Shown: one piece after another, positions 1 to 9,685 of the stretch
Layout: each line of letters opens with the position of its first letter
How positions within the stretch are numbered: the stretch's first letter is position 1
Source of the DNA: Cenarchaeum sp.
GTDB taxonomy: Archaea > Thermoproteota > Nitrososphaeria > Nitrososphaerales > Nitrosopumilaceae
NCBI GenBank assembly: GCA_965212015.1
Contig: OZ243037.1
Location: forward strand, 64,001 to 128,000
Length of the DNA: 64,000 nucleotides
Direction: 5' to 3'
Position numbers and translations under genes: made by a program
The notes under the pieces: model-generated
Told to the model about the DNA's origin: nothing
Databases searched by the model: none
What the model saw: only the letters and a program-made list of their open reading frames with translations

Positions 1-259
1 GGTCTGCCGTGTTGTAGACCAAATTGTCGGTGTATCCTGACGGGTGCAGTCCCCTCGAGGCCCTCGGCCCGCCATAGCCGATCTTTACTATTCCCGGCCT
101 GCCGCGGCTTTTCTGCTTTCGCTGGTGGTTGTCGATTCCCTTTGGCTTTCTCCACGTAGTCTCTAGCCTTTTGTAGCGCCAGCTCTCCGGGCGGATAAAG
201 CTGGGCCTGTGCTTGCTTACATTCTCCCTCTGCTCTAGCAGCTCCCGGTTGATTGGCAT
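1..259 (-). CDS. rpl32e: 50S ribosomal protein L32e (3' end runs off the window)
   Basis: Manual translation from ATG at 259: MPINRELLEQRENVSKHRPSFIRPESWRYKRLETTWRKPKGIDNHQRKQKSRGRPGIVKIGYGGPRASRGLHPSGY; contains the L32e motifs WRKPKGID and RGLHPSG. Not in the ORF track. Confidence 0.95.
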   Translation of the reverse strand, partial: MPINRELLEQRENVSKHRPSFIRPESWRYKRLETTWRKPKGIDNHQRKQKSRGRPGIVKIGYGGPRASRGLHPSGYTDNLVYNTAD

Positions 260-373
260 GGGCTCTTTTTCAAAATTTGAAATAAATAGGTATCTAAACG
301 GATCAGGCATCCGGGATGTAAAGAGATAATAAGGAAAATCAAATCGGATCGATTTGTCTTATGAAGCATCGTC

Positions 374-1999
374 GTGGGATCATCCACTCGGAGAGATTAT
401 GCCTTGGGTGAAAAGCCGCTAGACGACAGCTGCGTGTCAGAACTGCGGGCCATGGGAATCAATCCGGCGGGGATCTGCCGCAACCTGCCGCCTGAGGGCC
501 TTGTAAAAATCGCAGTGGACGCAGGCGAGGGGGTGCTGACTAGCACCGGCTCGCTGTCAGTCCGGACCGGCAAGTACACGGGGCGCTCGCCTGATGACAG
601 GTTTATAGTGTGTGACGAGACCACGCGCGACACAGTCGACTGGGGCGGCATCAACCACAAGTTCTCCCCGGACAGGTTTGATGGGATATTTGCAAGGATG
701 AAAGAGTCCGTACGCGGAAGGGACCTGTACGTGTTTGACGGGTTTGTGGGCGCCGATCCGCAAAACAGGCTGTCGATTCGCGTGATAAATGACCGGGCCT
801 GGCAGAGCCTCTTTGTCAGGCAGCTGTTCATACGGCCGACGCCCGGCGAGCTTGAGGCGCACAGGCCAGAGTTTACGCTAATGTGCATAAACGACTTTGA
901 GGCCGTTCCTGAGACTGACGGGACAAACTCTAATGTCTTTATCCTAATTGATCTTACAAAAAAAATAGTCCTGATCGGCCACACGGAGTATGCCGGCGAG
1001 ATGAAAAAATCAATGTTCAGCGTGATGAACTATGTCCTGCCGGGCCGGAACGTCTTTCCGATGCACTGCTCTGCGAACATTGGCAGGGACGGCGACACTG
1101 CGCTGTTCTTCGGGCTCTCCGGCACGGGAAAGACGACGCTTTCTGCCGATCCGAACAGGATGCTGATAGGCGACGACGAGCACGGGTGGTCTGACCGGGG
1201 CGCCTTTAACTTTGAGGGCGGCTGCTATGCAAAGTGCATCAATCTCGGCGAGGAGACAGAGCCGCAAATCTGGAACGCGATAAGGCCCGGAACCGTACTG
1301 GAGAACGTGGCAGTCAACGAGGAGACGCTCGTGCCGGACTTTGATGACGGCACGCTGACTGAGAACACGCGCGCAGCATACCCGCTAGAGTACATTCCCG
1401 GCTCGGTGATTCCAAGCATCGGGACGCATCCGAAGGTGATCGTCTTTCTGACTGCCGACGCCCTCGGCGTGCTGCCGCCAGTATCCAAGCTGAGCAGGGA
1501 GGGCGCAATGTACCACTTTATGTCCGGGTATACAAGCAAGCTTGCCGGAACCGAGCGCGGAATAAAGGAGCCAAAGGCTGTGTTCTCAGAATGCTTTGCC
1601 GCCCCGTTCATGCCGAGGCCGGCATCAGTATACGCAGGAATGCTCGGCAAAAAGATAGACGAGCACGACACTGCGGTATACCTTGTCAACACCGGGTGGT
1701 CTGCCGGCCCGTACGGCGTCGGCAGGCGCATCAGAATTCAATACAGCAGGGCCATGGTCACTGCCGCCCTGACAGGAAAGCTCGACGCCGTGGGGTACAG
1801 GCACGACAATCTGTTCAACCTGGAGGTTCCCACCTCGTGCCCCGACGTCCCGCCGGAGATACTCGATCCCAGGCAGACGTGGGCAGACCCGGACTCTTAT
1901 GACGAGCTGGCCCGGAAACTGGCGCGCATGTTCGCCGAGAACTTTGAAAAATTCAAAAACGTCCCGCCGGAGATTCAGAGCGCGGGACCCCGGCCTTGA
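374..1999 (+). CDS. pckA: Phosphoenolpyruvate carboxykinase (ATP)
   Basis: Motifs TGRSPDDRF, YAGEMKK, GLSGTGKTTLS, LIGDDEHGW, NFEGGCYAK, TENTRAAYP. Exact start uncertain. Confidence 0.96.
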   Translation: MGSSTRRDYALGEKPLDDSCVSELRAMGINPAGICRNLPPEGLVKIAVDAGEGVLTSTGSLSVRTGKYTGRSPDDRFIVCDETTRDTVDWGGINHKFSPDRFDGIFARMKESVRGRDLYVFDGFVGADPQNRLSIRVINDRAWQSLFVRQLFIRPTPGELEAHRPEFTLMCINDFEAVPETDGTNSNVFILIDLTKKIVLIGHTEYAGEMKKSMFSVMNYVLPGRNVFPMHCSANIGRDGDTALFFGLSGTGKTTLSADPNRMLIGDDEHGWSDRGAFNFEGGCYAKCINLGEETEPQIWNAIRPGTVLENVAVNEETLVPDFDDGTLTENTRAAYPLEYIPGSVIPSIGTHPKVIVFLTADALGVLPPVSKLSREGAMYHFMSGYTSKLAGTERGIKEPKAVFSECFAAPFMPRPASVYAGMLGKKIDEHDTAVYLVNTGWSAGPYGVGRRIRIQYSRAMVTAALTGKLDAVGYRHDNLFNLEVPTSCPDVPPEILDPRQTWADPDSYDELARKLARMFAENFEKFKNVPPEIQSAGPRP

Positions 2000-3998
2000 T
2001 CCGGAGGCCGAATCCGGCCAGCGCAGCAGCCGAGACAAACACGGCAATGACTGCCGCCTGCCTGTGCGGAATTCCAAGCTCGAGGCCCTGCTCCTTTGCC
2101 GCCGAGTCCACGGTAATCCTGTCATAGGCGTCAATGGTCCTGCCCCCTGCGTCTATCTTTGCCTCTATCCAGTACGTCCCGTTGCGGGAGACTGTAATGC
2201 CGCCGCCGTCCGGCCTGACAGACGACGAGATCCTCTCGCCGGTCTCTGAGTTTGTGACGTAAATCTTTGCGTACGTCCAGTCCTCAGGCTGCGATACGCC
2301 AACGGCAATGACGCCGCCGTCCTCGCGCGCCGCAATAGAGCCCTCCGTGCTGTGAATCAGTATAGGAATCCCATAGTGGGCATCCCCGCCTGTAATGTTC
2401 ATCCTTCCGTGAAATTTTCCGGTCTCGTTGCCGGCCAGCTCGGCATGTACCGTGATGGTGCCGCCCTGGATGCTGTGGCTCAGCCTGACTTGATCCGGCG
2501 CCTCCAGAGTGACGCCGTCTATGCGGGCCCCGCCCAGCGACCTTGTCCTTACCACCTGCTCGTCTGTCCTGCCGTCTGCGGACAGCTCCATTGTCAAAAA
2601 CGGCGGCGAGGCTATAATGTCTGCATCAAAGGCCCTCGTTACGTTCAGCCTTCCCGCACCGGCGGACTCGGGGTAATAGCCTGCCCCGTAGGCGTCAGTT
2701 ATCGGGTCTGCCGTGGTGACCAGGATTGACTTTATGTCGTCCGGCGAGAGTCCGGGATTTTTTTGCAGCAGCAGGGCGGCGGCGCCGGCTACGTGCGGCG
2801 CAGCAAAGCTTGTGCCGCTAGTGACGTTGTACCTGCCGTCGTTTAGCGTAGTGTTGACATACACGCCTGGCGCCACCAGGTCGGGCTTTGTGTAAAACGG
2901 CGACACCGGCCCGCGGGAGCTAAAGTGTGCCACAAAATCCGGACTGTAAAATATGTGGATTTCCCCGGTTGCGGCCACATAGTCCCTTATCTCCAGGCCG
3001 TCCTGCCTTGAGATCGACACGGTAGGTATCCTTGGGTGATAGCCGTCGCCGACATGCTCGTGGATGAGCTCGCCCAGGTACGTCCCCTGTTCGTTGTTGT
3101 ACACTATTAGCGCGACGGCGCCGGCATCCGCTGCGTTTTTCTCCTTGTCTGAAAAATACACCGTCTCGTCTTTTACGTCGCTTCCCCTCTCTGCAATTAC
3201 TATGGCGCCCTCAAAGCCGCCGCCCTCAAAGTCCGCCTCCCTTGCGTATCCGCCAAACACAATTCCTGCCTTTGCGGGAATTTTGGTGGACGGGCCATCC
3301 ATCATGGGCAGCACCTGAAACTGCCTGTCGTTTATCTCAAGGGTGGCGGCAAGGCTTGAGGTGTGGTTGTTGTACGTGGCGCCGACTGTGATCGCCCTGT
3401 GGTTCAGTCCCGGGCTTCCGATTGTTCCGGGTTCCGGCCCGTCGTTTCCGGCCGCCACTATAACCGTGATTCCGCTCTCCACTGCCATGTTTACTGCGTG
3501 ATCAATCCTCTCGTTGGTGCGATTCACCCCGAGGCTGATGTTGATAATGTCCACGCCGTCCTTTATGGCCTGACTGACTGCGGCTATGATAAGATCCGAG
3601 CTGACCGACTCGCCGTCATCGGAGACCTTGTATGATATTATTCTGGCCTTTGGCGCCATTCCCTGCAGCGCGCCGTCTGCAGCAATGATTCCGGCCACCT
3701 CCGTGCCGTGCCCGTTTATGTCAAGCGGCTCGCCGTCAAAAAAATTGTGCGCCATGATCACCTTTCCGTCGGGGCCCGTCCCGTAAAGATCCGGGTGCGT
3801 GTGATCCACGCCTGTATCAATGATGCCTATTATTATGCCGCGCCCGTCATGGCCCGTTGCCGCCGGCCGGTCCGCCCCGACGTACGGGACGCTGTTGTAT
3901 ACTGCGGTATTCAGGCCGGTCTCGTGGACCGGCACGTGCCAGAATGCCGCCAGGCCAAAGCCGCACAACAAGGCCAGAAACAATGCCGATTTTTGCAC
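1953..3998 (-). CDS. Subtilisin-like S8 serine protease with PA domain, N-terminal signal/anchor and C-terminal TM helix
   Basis: Catalytic triad motifs IIDTGVD, HGTEVAGII, SGTSFAAPHVAGAAAL; PA insert; probable GTG start at 3998 ahead of a hydrophobic segment (track ORF opens at 4076). Confidence 0.92.
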   Translation of the reverse strand: MQKSALFLALLCGFGLAAFWHVPVHETGLNTAVYNSVPYVGADRPAATGHDGRGIIIGIIDTGVDHTHPDLYGTGPDGKVIMAHNFFDGEPLDINGHGTEVAGIIAADGALQGMAPKARIISYKVSDDGESVSSDLIIAAVSQAIKDGVDIINISLGVNRTNERIDHAVNMAVESGITVIVAAGNDGPEPGTIGSPGLNHRAITVGATYNNHTSSLAATLEINDRQFQVLPMMDGPSTKIPAKAGIVFGGYAREADFEGGGFEGAIVIAERGSDVKDETVYFSDKEKNAADAGAVALIVYNNEQGTYLGELIHEHVGDGYHPRIPTVSISRQDGLEIRDYVAATGEIHIFYSPDFVAHFSSRGPVSPFYTKPDLVAPGVYVNTTLNDGRYNVTSGTSFAAPHVAGAAALLLQKNPGLSPDDIKSILVTTADPITDAYGAGYYPESAGAGRLNVTRAFDADIIASPPFLTMELSADGRTDEQVVRTRSLGGARIDGVTLEAPDQVRLSHSIQGGTITVHAELAGNETGKFHGRMNITGGDAHYGIPILIHSTEGSIAAREDGGVIAVGVSQPEDWTYAKIYVTNSETGERISSSVRPDGGGITVSRNGTYWIEAKIDAGGRTIDAYDRITVDSAAKEQGLELGIPHRQAAVIAVFVSAAALAGFGLRIKAGVPRSESPAGRF

Positions 3999-4118
3999 TA
4001 TACCATGGCGGCCCGGACTGGCTAAAAACCCATTCCATGCACACGATTTTCTGATGGCGGACAAAAAACCCGCCAAACATGGCCGAATCCCCGCCTTATC
4101 TCGCCCATATCACCAAGT

Positions 4119-4791
4119 TTACAGAACCTGTTGCCAAACTCCTAAATGACAGAGTGCCGTATCACAAATACGGCCTTGTATCTCGTATGGGATGCTAGTG
4201 GGCTCTGACCCACAGGGACCGCCATTATCATACTGAACAATTACCCCTGCGATAAATGTCCGGATGATCCAAATTGTAGGGGATTTGCCCAGTTCAATGA
4301 CGGCGATATTTGAGCTTTGGATGGCGTTCACGCATCTTGCTGTTCATATCAAAATCATCACTGATGGATATCTTGTCCCATACAACCAAAATGTTTGACA
4401 GATCATCGGTTTCAAACATCCTGTGTTGCGGCATGTAATGGGTGAAATGCTGCTGAACCCGAGGCATTAGCTGATTATCCGTGTCGACCGTACTTGAAAT
4501 CAATATTTCCAAAGGGATTAACCTCATTGGGCACCGCCTGGATCAAACCAGTGCCACTTTGATGTTGGGAATTTACTTTCCAGACGCCGATTTTAATGCA
4601 CGCTTTTTTAGCAGGGCCTCATTGGAGCTATCCGCACTGATGGCATCTGCGTGATCATAGGGTTTTGAGGAATCACATGATTTTACGTCATCAAAATCAG
4701 TCATCAATCCTTTTACAAAATCGCATGATTCCCTGCCGTCTGCACAAAGAACCCCGAACTCGTATCTTGGCATTTGGATAATTTGCCTCAT
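4119..4791 (-). pseudogene. Fragmented ORFs, possibly including a decayed TIR/nucleoside-deoxyribosyltransferase-like gene
   Basis: Three short collinear minus-strand ORFs; EILISS...AIQSSNIAVIEL resembles that fold only weakly. Confidence 0.25.
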
Positions 4792-5209
4792 TCTGACTTG
4801 TTACTGTTATGCAGATCCGGAAGTAACCGGTTATGTCCGGTGCCTGCGGATCCAAACATCCCTCCTGGATCTAACCTGTTACATCCGGAAGTTGTCGCGT
4901 AATTCCATTTAAACTATTGATCCAACCTTCCCGGCCCACTCGTATTTGGATCACAACTGTGCATGCCTCTTTGGCGACAAATCAAAAAAGTGGCGGATAT
5001 TGGAAAATATGCCGTCTGGCACACACGGGGGAAGCTTTCTGGTGGATAAAATAGTTTTTTTGACAAGAAAAAACCTGCCTGGGGTCAAAATCCAAATGTG
5101 GAAGAAAAAAGATCCATTCGGATCCAAAGATGCGCCGCATCTGCCTCATCATGGTGTCAGTGCAGACCAAGGGACTGGGACAGACGGGATCGGAGCGGAT
5201 CCGGGGCGC

Positions 5210-5251
5210 CTGGCGGAATGGTGCGCATTGGCGGAATGGTGCGCATTGGCG
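5210..5251. repeat. 18-bp tandem repeat, about 2.3 copies
   Basis: tggcggaatggtgcgcat twice plus tggcgg. Confidence 0.8.
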
Positions 5252-5313
5252 GCTGGCGATCGAATCATAATACCATACTAAAGCAATAAATTGAATGGCT
5301 GCGGGGGCATTCC

Positions 5314-5934
5314 ATGGGAAAATACACACTTCCGGAAATGCCGTACTCTTATGATGCGCTAGAACCGCATCTGGACGCGCGCACCATGGAGATTCACCAT
5401 ACAAAACACCACAATACGTACACGACAAAGCTAAACGCGGCCCTAGAGGGCTGTTCTGGCGAGACTCAGGGCAGGGACATTACCGAAATCCTCTCTGACC
5501 TGGACTGCGTGCCAGAGTCCCTGCGCGGCGCGATTAACTTTAACGGCGGCGGCTATGACAACCACAGGCTGTTTTGGAACGGCATGAAGCCCGGCGGCGG
5601 AGGCAAGCCCGGCGGCGCGATTGCCGACGCAATCAATGCGTCCTTTGGCGGCTTTGAGGAGTTCAAGGAAAAGTTCTCCTCTAGCACGGCGGTAATCCAG
5701 GGCAGCGGATGGGGATGGCTGGCGTACAATACGTCTGCCGGCAAGGTGGAATATTCCGCAATGCCGAACCAGACCAGCCCGAGGACGGCAGGCCTGATAC
5801 CCCTGCTTGGCTGCGACGTCTGGGAGCATGCGTATTATTTAAAGTACCAAAACAAGAGGCCGGACTATATCGCGGCGTGGTGGAATGTCGTAAACTGGGA
5901 AGAGATAGACGCCAGGTTTACAAAGGCAAAATAA
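5314..5934 (+). CDS. sod: Fe/Mn superoxide dismutase
   Basis: YDALEPH, HHTKHHNTY, NHRLFW, GSGWGWL, DVWEHAYY. Confidence 0.97.
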   Translation: MGKYTLPEMPYSYDALEPHLDARTMEIHHTKHHNTYTTKLNAALEGCSGETQGRDITEILSDLDCVPESLRGAINFNGGGYDNHRLFWNGMKPGGGGKPGGAIADAINASFGGFEEFKEKFSSSTAVIQGSGWGWLAYNTSAGKVEYSAMPNQTSPRTAGLIPLLGCDVWEHAYYLKYQNKRPDYIAAWWNVVNWEEIDARFTKAK

Positions 5935-6033
5935 CACTAGTTTTTTTTTACAACCGTGCCCGATCCGGGCGCGACTCGCCGCCTGAATCCCCGTGTTATG
6001 AGTTTATAACCGTCGTAGGGATTTGCCTTGCAA

Positions 6034-6450
6034 ATGAGCAACGAGCAAGAACAGCAGTTTCTCTACAAGCTGCAAATGCTAGAGTCGTATGTGGCAGAGA
6101 TGACCCGGCTCGAGTCCACGCTAGTAGGGGTGATGAGGGAGGCCTCCGCTGCCATCAGCTCAATCAGGCAGGTGGGTGCGCAGGAAAAGTCCGACGCGCT
6201 AGTCCCGCTGGGACTCGGGGCGTTTCTCAAGGCACAGGTGTGCTCTGGGGACAAAGTAATACTAAACATCGGCGCCGGCGTCGCAGTTGAAAAAAACAAA
6301 AACGACGCAGTCAACTATCTGGAATCCAGGATAAAAGAGATCGAGATTAACCTGCAGGACACTTCTGCAAAGAGGCACGACGCAACAGTCCGTCTGGAGC
6401 AAAGCAAGCAGCAGCTGCAACAGATGATGGCCTCGCAGCCTGCAAAGTAG
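6034..6450 (+). CDS. pfdA: Prefoldin subunit alpha
   Basis: Coiled-coil ends flanking LVPLGLGAF and NIGAGVAVEK hairpins; adjacent to ftsY; TTTATAA about 25 nt before ATG 6034. Confidence 0.93.
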   Translation: MSNEQEQQFLYKLQMLESYVAEMTRLESTLVGVMREASAAISSIRQVGAQEKSDALVPLGLGAFLKAQVCSGDKVILNIGAGVAVEKNKNDAVNYLESRIKEIEINLQDTSAKRHDATVRLEQSKQQLQQMMASQPAK

Positions 6451-6459
6451 GAATCCGCA

Positions 6460-7569
6460 ATGTTTGAGAGCCTCAAGTCCGCTTTTTCGGGGGTGGCCAA
6501 AAGCTTCGGGCAAAGGCAGCTAAAGGAAAAGGACATCGACGCCGCACTCTCCGGCATGGAGCTCGACTTGATGAGATCCGACGTGGCAGTGGAGGTCATT
6601 GGCGCCATAAAATCGGATCTAAAGTCAAAGATAGCCGGGACAAGCGTCGACAGGCACGGCATTGAGGATTTTGTCAAGGACAGCCTAGTCGGGATAGTGT
6701 CGGGCATCTTTGACGGCGCCAGAAAAGTCGACCTGCTGGGGGACATTGAGAAAAAAAAGACGGCCGGCGAGCCGTACGTGATAGTGTTTGTCGGAATAAA
6801 CGGGACCGGCAAGACTACCAGCCTCTCCAAGCTTGCGCGCCTGTTGCAGGACTCAAAGGTCTCAGTCGTAGTCGCCGCCGCCGACACGTTCCGGGCCGGC
6901 GCAATCGAGCAGCTCCGCGAACACACAAAAAACCTCAACCTGAAAATAGTGGCGCAAAACTATGGGGCCGATCCCGCCGCAGTCTCGCGCGACGCGGTGC
7001 TTTATGCAAGATCGCACAAGGTCGACTGCGTGCTAGTCGACACGGCAGGGCGCATGCAGACAAGCAAGAACCTCATGGAGCAGATTGAAAAAATCATAAA
7101 CGTCGTAAAGCCGGACTTTATCATCTTTGTGGGCGACGCCCTTGCGGGAAACGACACGGTAAACCAGGCAAGGGAGTTTTACGGGCACACAAAGTTTGGC
7201 GGATCCATCCTGGCAAAAAGCGACGCCGACGCAAAGGGCGGGGCCGCCCTGTCGATAGTAAAGATTACCGGCTCGCCCATACTGTACATGGGGGTGGGGC
7301 AGCGCTACGAGGATTTGGTGCCGTTTGAAAAGGACTCGTTTCTGCGCGCCGTCTTTGGCACGACAGGCGCGCCGGCAGCTGATCCGTTTGAGGGCATATC
7401 TGCTGGCGACATTGACTCGTATAACGCGGCGTACGGCACGGCGCCCCCCGAGAACGACGAGCAGACAGCATCCGTTATTCGGGAGTGGATACGGTCCGGA
7501 AGGCCGGCGCCTGGCGGGCCGGGGAAAACTAGAAAGCCGAGCTCGTTGCTTGGTAGGTTTGGAAAATGA
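6460..7569 (+). CDS. ftsY: Signal recognition particle receptor FtsY
   Basis: GINGTGKTT, DTFRAGAIEQL, DTAGR, KSDADAKGGAALS. Confidence 0.96.
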   Translation: MFESLKSAFSGVAKSFGQRQLKEKDIDAALSGMELDLMRSDVAVEVIGAIKSDLKSKIAGTSVDRHGIEDFVKDSLVGIVSGIFDGARKVDLLGDIEKKKTAGEPYVIVFVGINGTGKTTSLSKLARLLQDSKVSVVVAAADTFRAGAIEQLREHTKNLNLKIVAQNYGADPAAVSRDAVLYARSHKVDCVLVDTAGRMQTSKNLMEQIEKIINVVKPDFIIFVGDALAGNDTVNQAREFYGHTKFGGSILAKSDADAKGGAALSIVKITGSPILYMGVGQRYEDLVPFEKDSFLRAVFGTTGAPAADPFEGISAGDIDSYNAAYGTAPPENDEQTASVIREWIRSGRPAPGGPGKTRKPSSLLGRFGK

Positions 7570-8468
7570 AGCTTGGAACCAGGGACTTTCTGTCCTTTGC
7601 AGAGCTTGACGGCGGCGAGACCGAAAAGCTCGTGGATCTTGCAATACGCCTCAAAAACGGGGGCCAGTCAGGCCGCCTCGAGGGCAGGACCCTGGCCATG
7701 ATCTTTGAAAAGCCATCAACTAGGACGCGCGTAAGCTTTGAGGCCGGCATGCACCAGCTTGGCGGCCACGCCATATGCATGGCCCCCGGCGACATGCAGC
7801 TCTCGCGCGGCGAGACTATCGCCGACACCGCACGCACGCTCTCAGGATACGTCGACGTGATAATGGCGCGCGTCTTTGAGCACTCTGTGCTAGAGACGCT
7901 GGCAGAAAACTCGTCAGTACCGGTGATAAACGGCCTCTCTGACTCGTTTCACCCCTGCCAGACACTCGCCGACCTGATGACCATACGTGAAAAAAAGGGG
8001 CGGCTTGCAGGACTAAAGCTGGCGTGGATTGGCGACGGCAACAATGTCTGCAACTCTGTGATTTACGGCTGCGCCAGGGCCGGCATTGACGTATCGGTTG
8101 CCACGCCGCGCCAGTTCGGGCCGCTGCCAGACGTGGTAGGCGAGTCAAGAAAGGCAATCGACGTGGAGCTAAGCGACGATCCGTCCGAGGCCGTAAGGGA
8201 TTCTGACATTGTAATGACTGACACGTTTTCGTCGATTCACAACACGGATGCGGGGCGCACCGAAAAGTTCCTGCCAAAGTTCCAGGTCGGCGACTCTTTG
8301 ATGGGGCAGGCCAAGGATGACGCGATATTCATGCACTGCCTTCCGGCCAAGCGCGGACAGGAGGTCGCAGCGTCCGTAATCGACGGGCCGCAGTCCGCGG
8401 TGTGGAACCAGGCAGAAAACAGGCTGCACTCCCAAAAGGCGCTGCTGCTCTCAATACTGGGCGCCTGA
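7566..8468 (+). CDS. argF: Ornithine carbamoyltransferase
   Basis: FEKPSTRTRVSFE, HPCQTLAD, GDGNNV, MHCLPAKRG. Confidence 0.96.
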   Translation: MKLGTRDFLSFAELDGGETEKLVDLAIRLKNGGQSGRLEGRTLAMIFEKPSTRTRVSFEAGMHQLGGHAICMAPGDMQLSRGETIADTARTLSGYVDVIMARVFEHSVLETLAENSSVPVINGLSDSFHPCQTLADLMTIREKKGRLAGLKLAWIGDGNNVCNSVIYGCARAGIDVSVATPRQFGPLPDVVGESRKAIDVELSDDPSEAVRDSDIVMTDTFSSIHNTDAGRTEKFLPKFQVGDSLMGQAKDDAIFMHCLPAKRGQEVAASVIDGPQSAVWNQAENRLHSQKALLLSILGA

Positions 8469-8565
8469 GGCCTGCATTATGTGGTGTTTGGGCGGCTATT
8501 GGAGACGCGTAATGCCGTGACTGGGCGCGAATCCCGTAAAATGTCCTGACATGCCAGGCGATCAT

Positions 8566-8812
8566 TTAGAAATACCTGTGTTTCATAAATACCAAAACAT
8601 GTTTTTTTGCACTCTGTAAATGATTAAATTTTCAGGAGCGCGTTTTCTAACTTCGTCAATTAGTTGAGTGCATCTTTTCATTGAGTGGTGCCGGATGATC
8701 TCCCCGGTAAACTCTGCAACAGTTTCCATCACGGCCTTGTATGTATCCGCATGAAGGGTCTTTAAAAAGAATTAAACGTCGAGTTAAAATTAACATGAAG
8801 TACATGGGTCAT
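8566..8812 (-). pseudogene. RelE/ParE-like toxin, frameshifted
   Basis: Reconstructed across two frameshifts: MTHVLHVNFNSTFNSF/KTLHADTYKAVMETVAEF...RKRAPENLIIYRVQK/HVLVFMKHRYF; size and IIYRV...HR pattern fit RelE. Confidence 0.5.
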
Positions 8813-8831
8813 ATAAAAACATAAAGAGGAT

Positions 8832-8927
8832 TTATTTATCTTTGCAAGACTTGTCATACTCTACAAATATTTCGTCGTCTTTCTTGCTCCACTCTGGAGT
8901 AGGTTTAAGCTTGGCTGGCTTTGCCAT
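8832..8927 (-). CDS. 31-aa small ORF, candidate antitoxin
   Basis: MAKPAKLKPTPEWSKKDDEIFVEYDKSCKDK*; TTATAAA about 22 nt upstream; directly precedes the RelE-like relic. Confidence 0.45.
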   Translation of the reverse strand: MAKPAKLKPTPEWSKKDDEIFVEYDKSCKDK

Positions 8928-9160
8928 GCCTGATCTGCCCTGCTCGAATTTATAATCGTTTATAATCTGGCTCAATCAGCCGGGCCGGACACGAGGCAGA
9001 TTCCTCCCAATCCGCCGGATCCGGACGGCGGGATCAGGCGTGCCCTGGAATCCGGGATTTTGCGCGGCGAGCTGGCGGTGGCATGCGGCAGAAAAGACGT
9101 CCTTCTGAGGATCCCTGCAAAGCCCGAACGTATCGGTCACGGCACGCAAGGCCCGGAGGC

Positions 9161-9212
9161 GGCACGGGTGGGGGGATCACGTTATGAGGTAAGGGAGTTG
9201 TGACACAGAGCA
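9161..9212 (+). mobile_element. Solo right end of the IS5-family element found at 20917-21955
   Basis: ggcacgggtgggggatcacgttatgaggtaagggagttgtgacacagagca-like sequence nearly identical to 21904-21955, including the terminal inverted repeat. Confidence 0.85.
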
Positions 9213-9322
9213 GATTGTCGAACCGATGGGGCGCCCCCAAAGGGGCATCACCCACGCCATATCTCTATGGATACTATTTTTCAGGTAATATTATTACATA
9301 CTTGGTATATTTTAACATTTAT

Positions 9323-9405
9323 GGGCTAGTAGCGAAGTGGCCAAACGCGGCTATTTTTCAGGTAGCAATCTCAGGATTACATGGGTTCAAATCCCATCTA
9401 GCCCA
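9323..9405 (+). tRNA. Atypical class II tRNA: Leu-type body with TTC (Glu) anticodon
   Basis: Acceptor GGGCTAG/CTAGCCC + A73; D arm GCG/CGC with GG; anticodon stem GCTAT/GTAGC, loop TTTTCAG; 14-nt variable arm AATCTCAGGATTAC; T arm ATGGG-TTCAAAT-CCCAT; T6 run immediately after. Confidence 0.85.
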
Positions 9406-9685
9406 TTTTTTGCCGTGCCTAGTCATAGATCACGTTACTGAACCTCATAATCTGCAGATATGGGCAATGATAAACTCCTCTTTTAAGGAACTTGTTGCTC
9501 GTACTGTTCATCCGGCAGTCCACTATTGCGCGGGCCATAATCTCCGTGTTGTCGTATCAACTACAGGGTGTCTATACCCCACAATCGCCTCGGGCGGGGC
9601 AGAAAAGATGCCGGCGGCGATCTGACCGGTTGCGCGAATTTTCATCTAACGTTTATAAGAGCATATTCAATTTTTTGCGCTATAG

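Noticed and set aside
1953-1999. 47-bp convergent overlap of pckA and the protease
   Set aside because: Short 3' overlaps are ordinary in compact archaeal genomes.
9351-9366. Reading the odd tRNA as UCA (Sec/opal suppressor able to read the AbiEii TGA) or CAG (Leu)
   Set aside because: Both registers destroy the anticodon stem pairing and the D-arm spacing; the acceptor/T arms are 7/5, not Sec-like.
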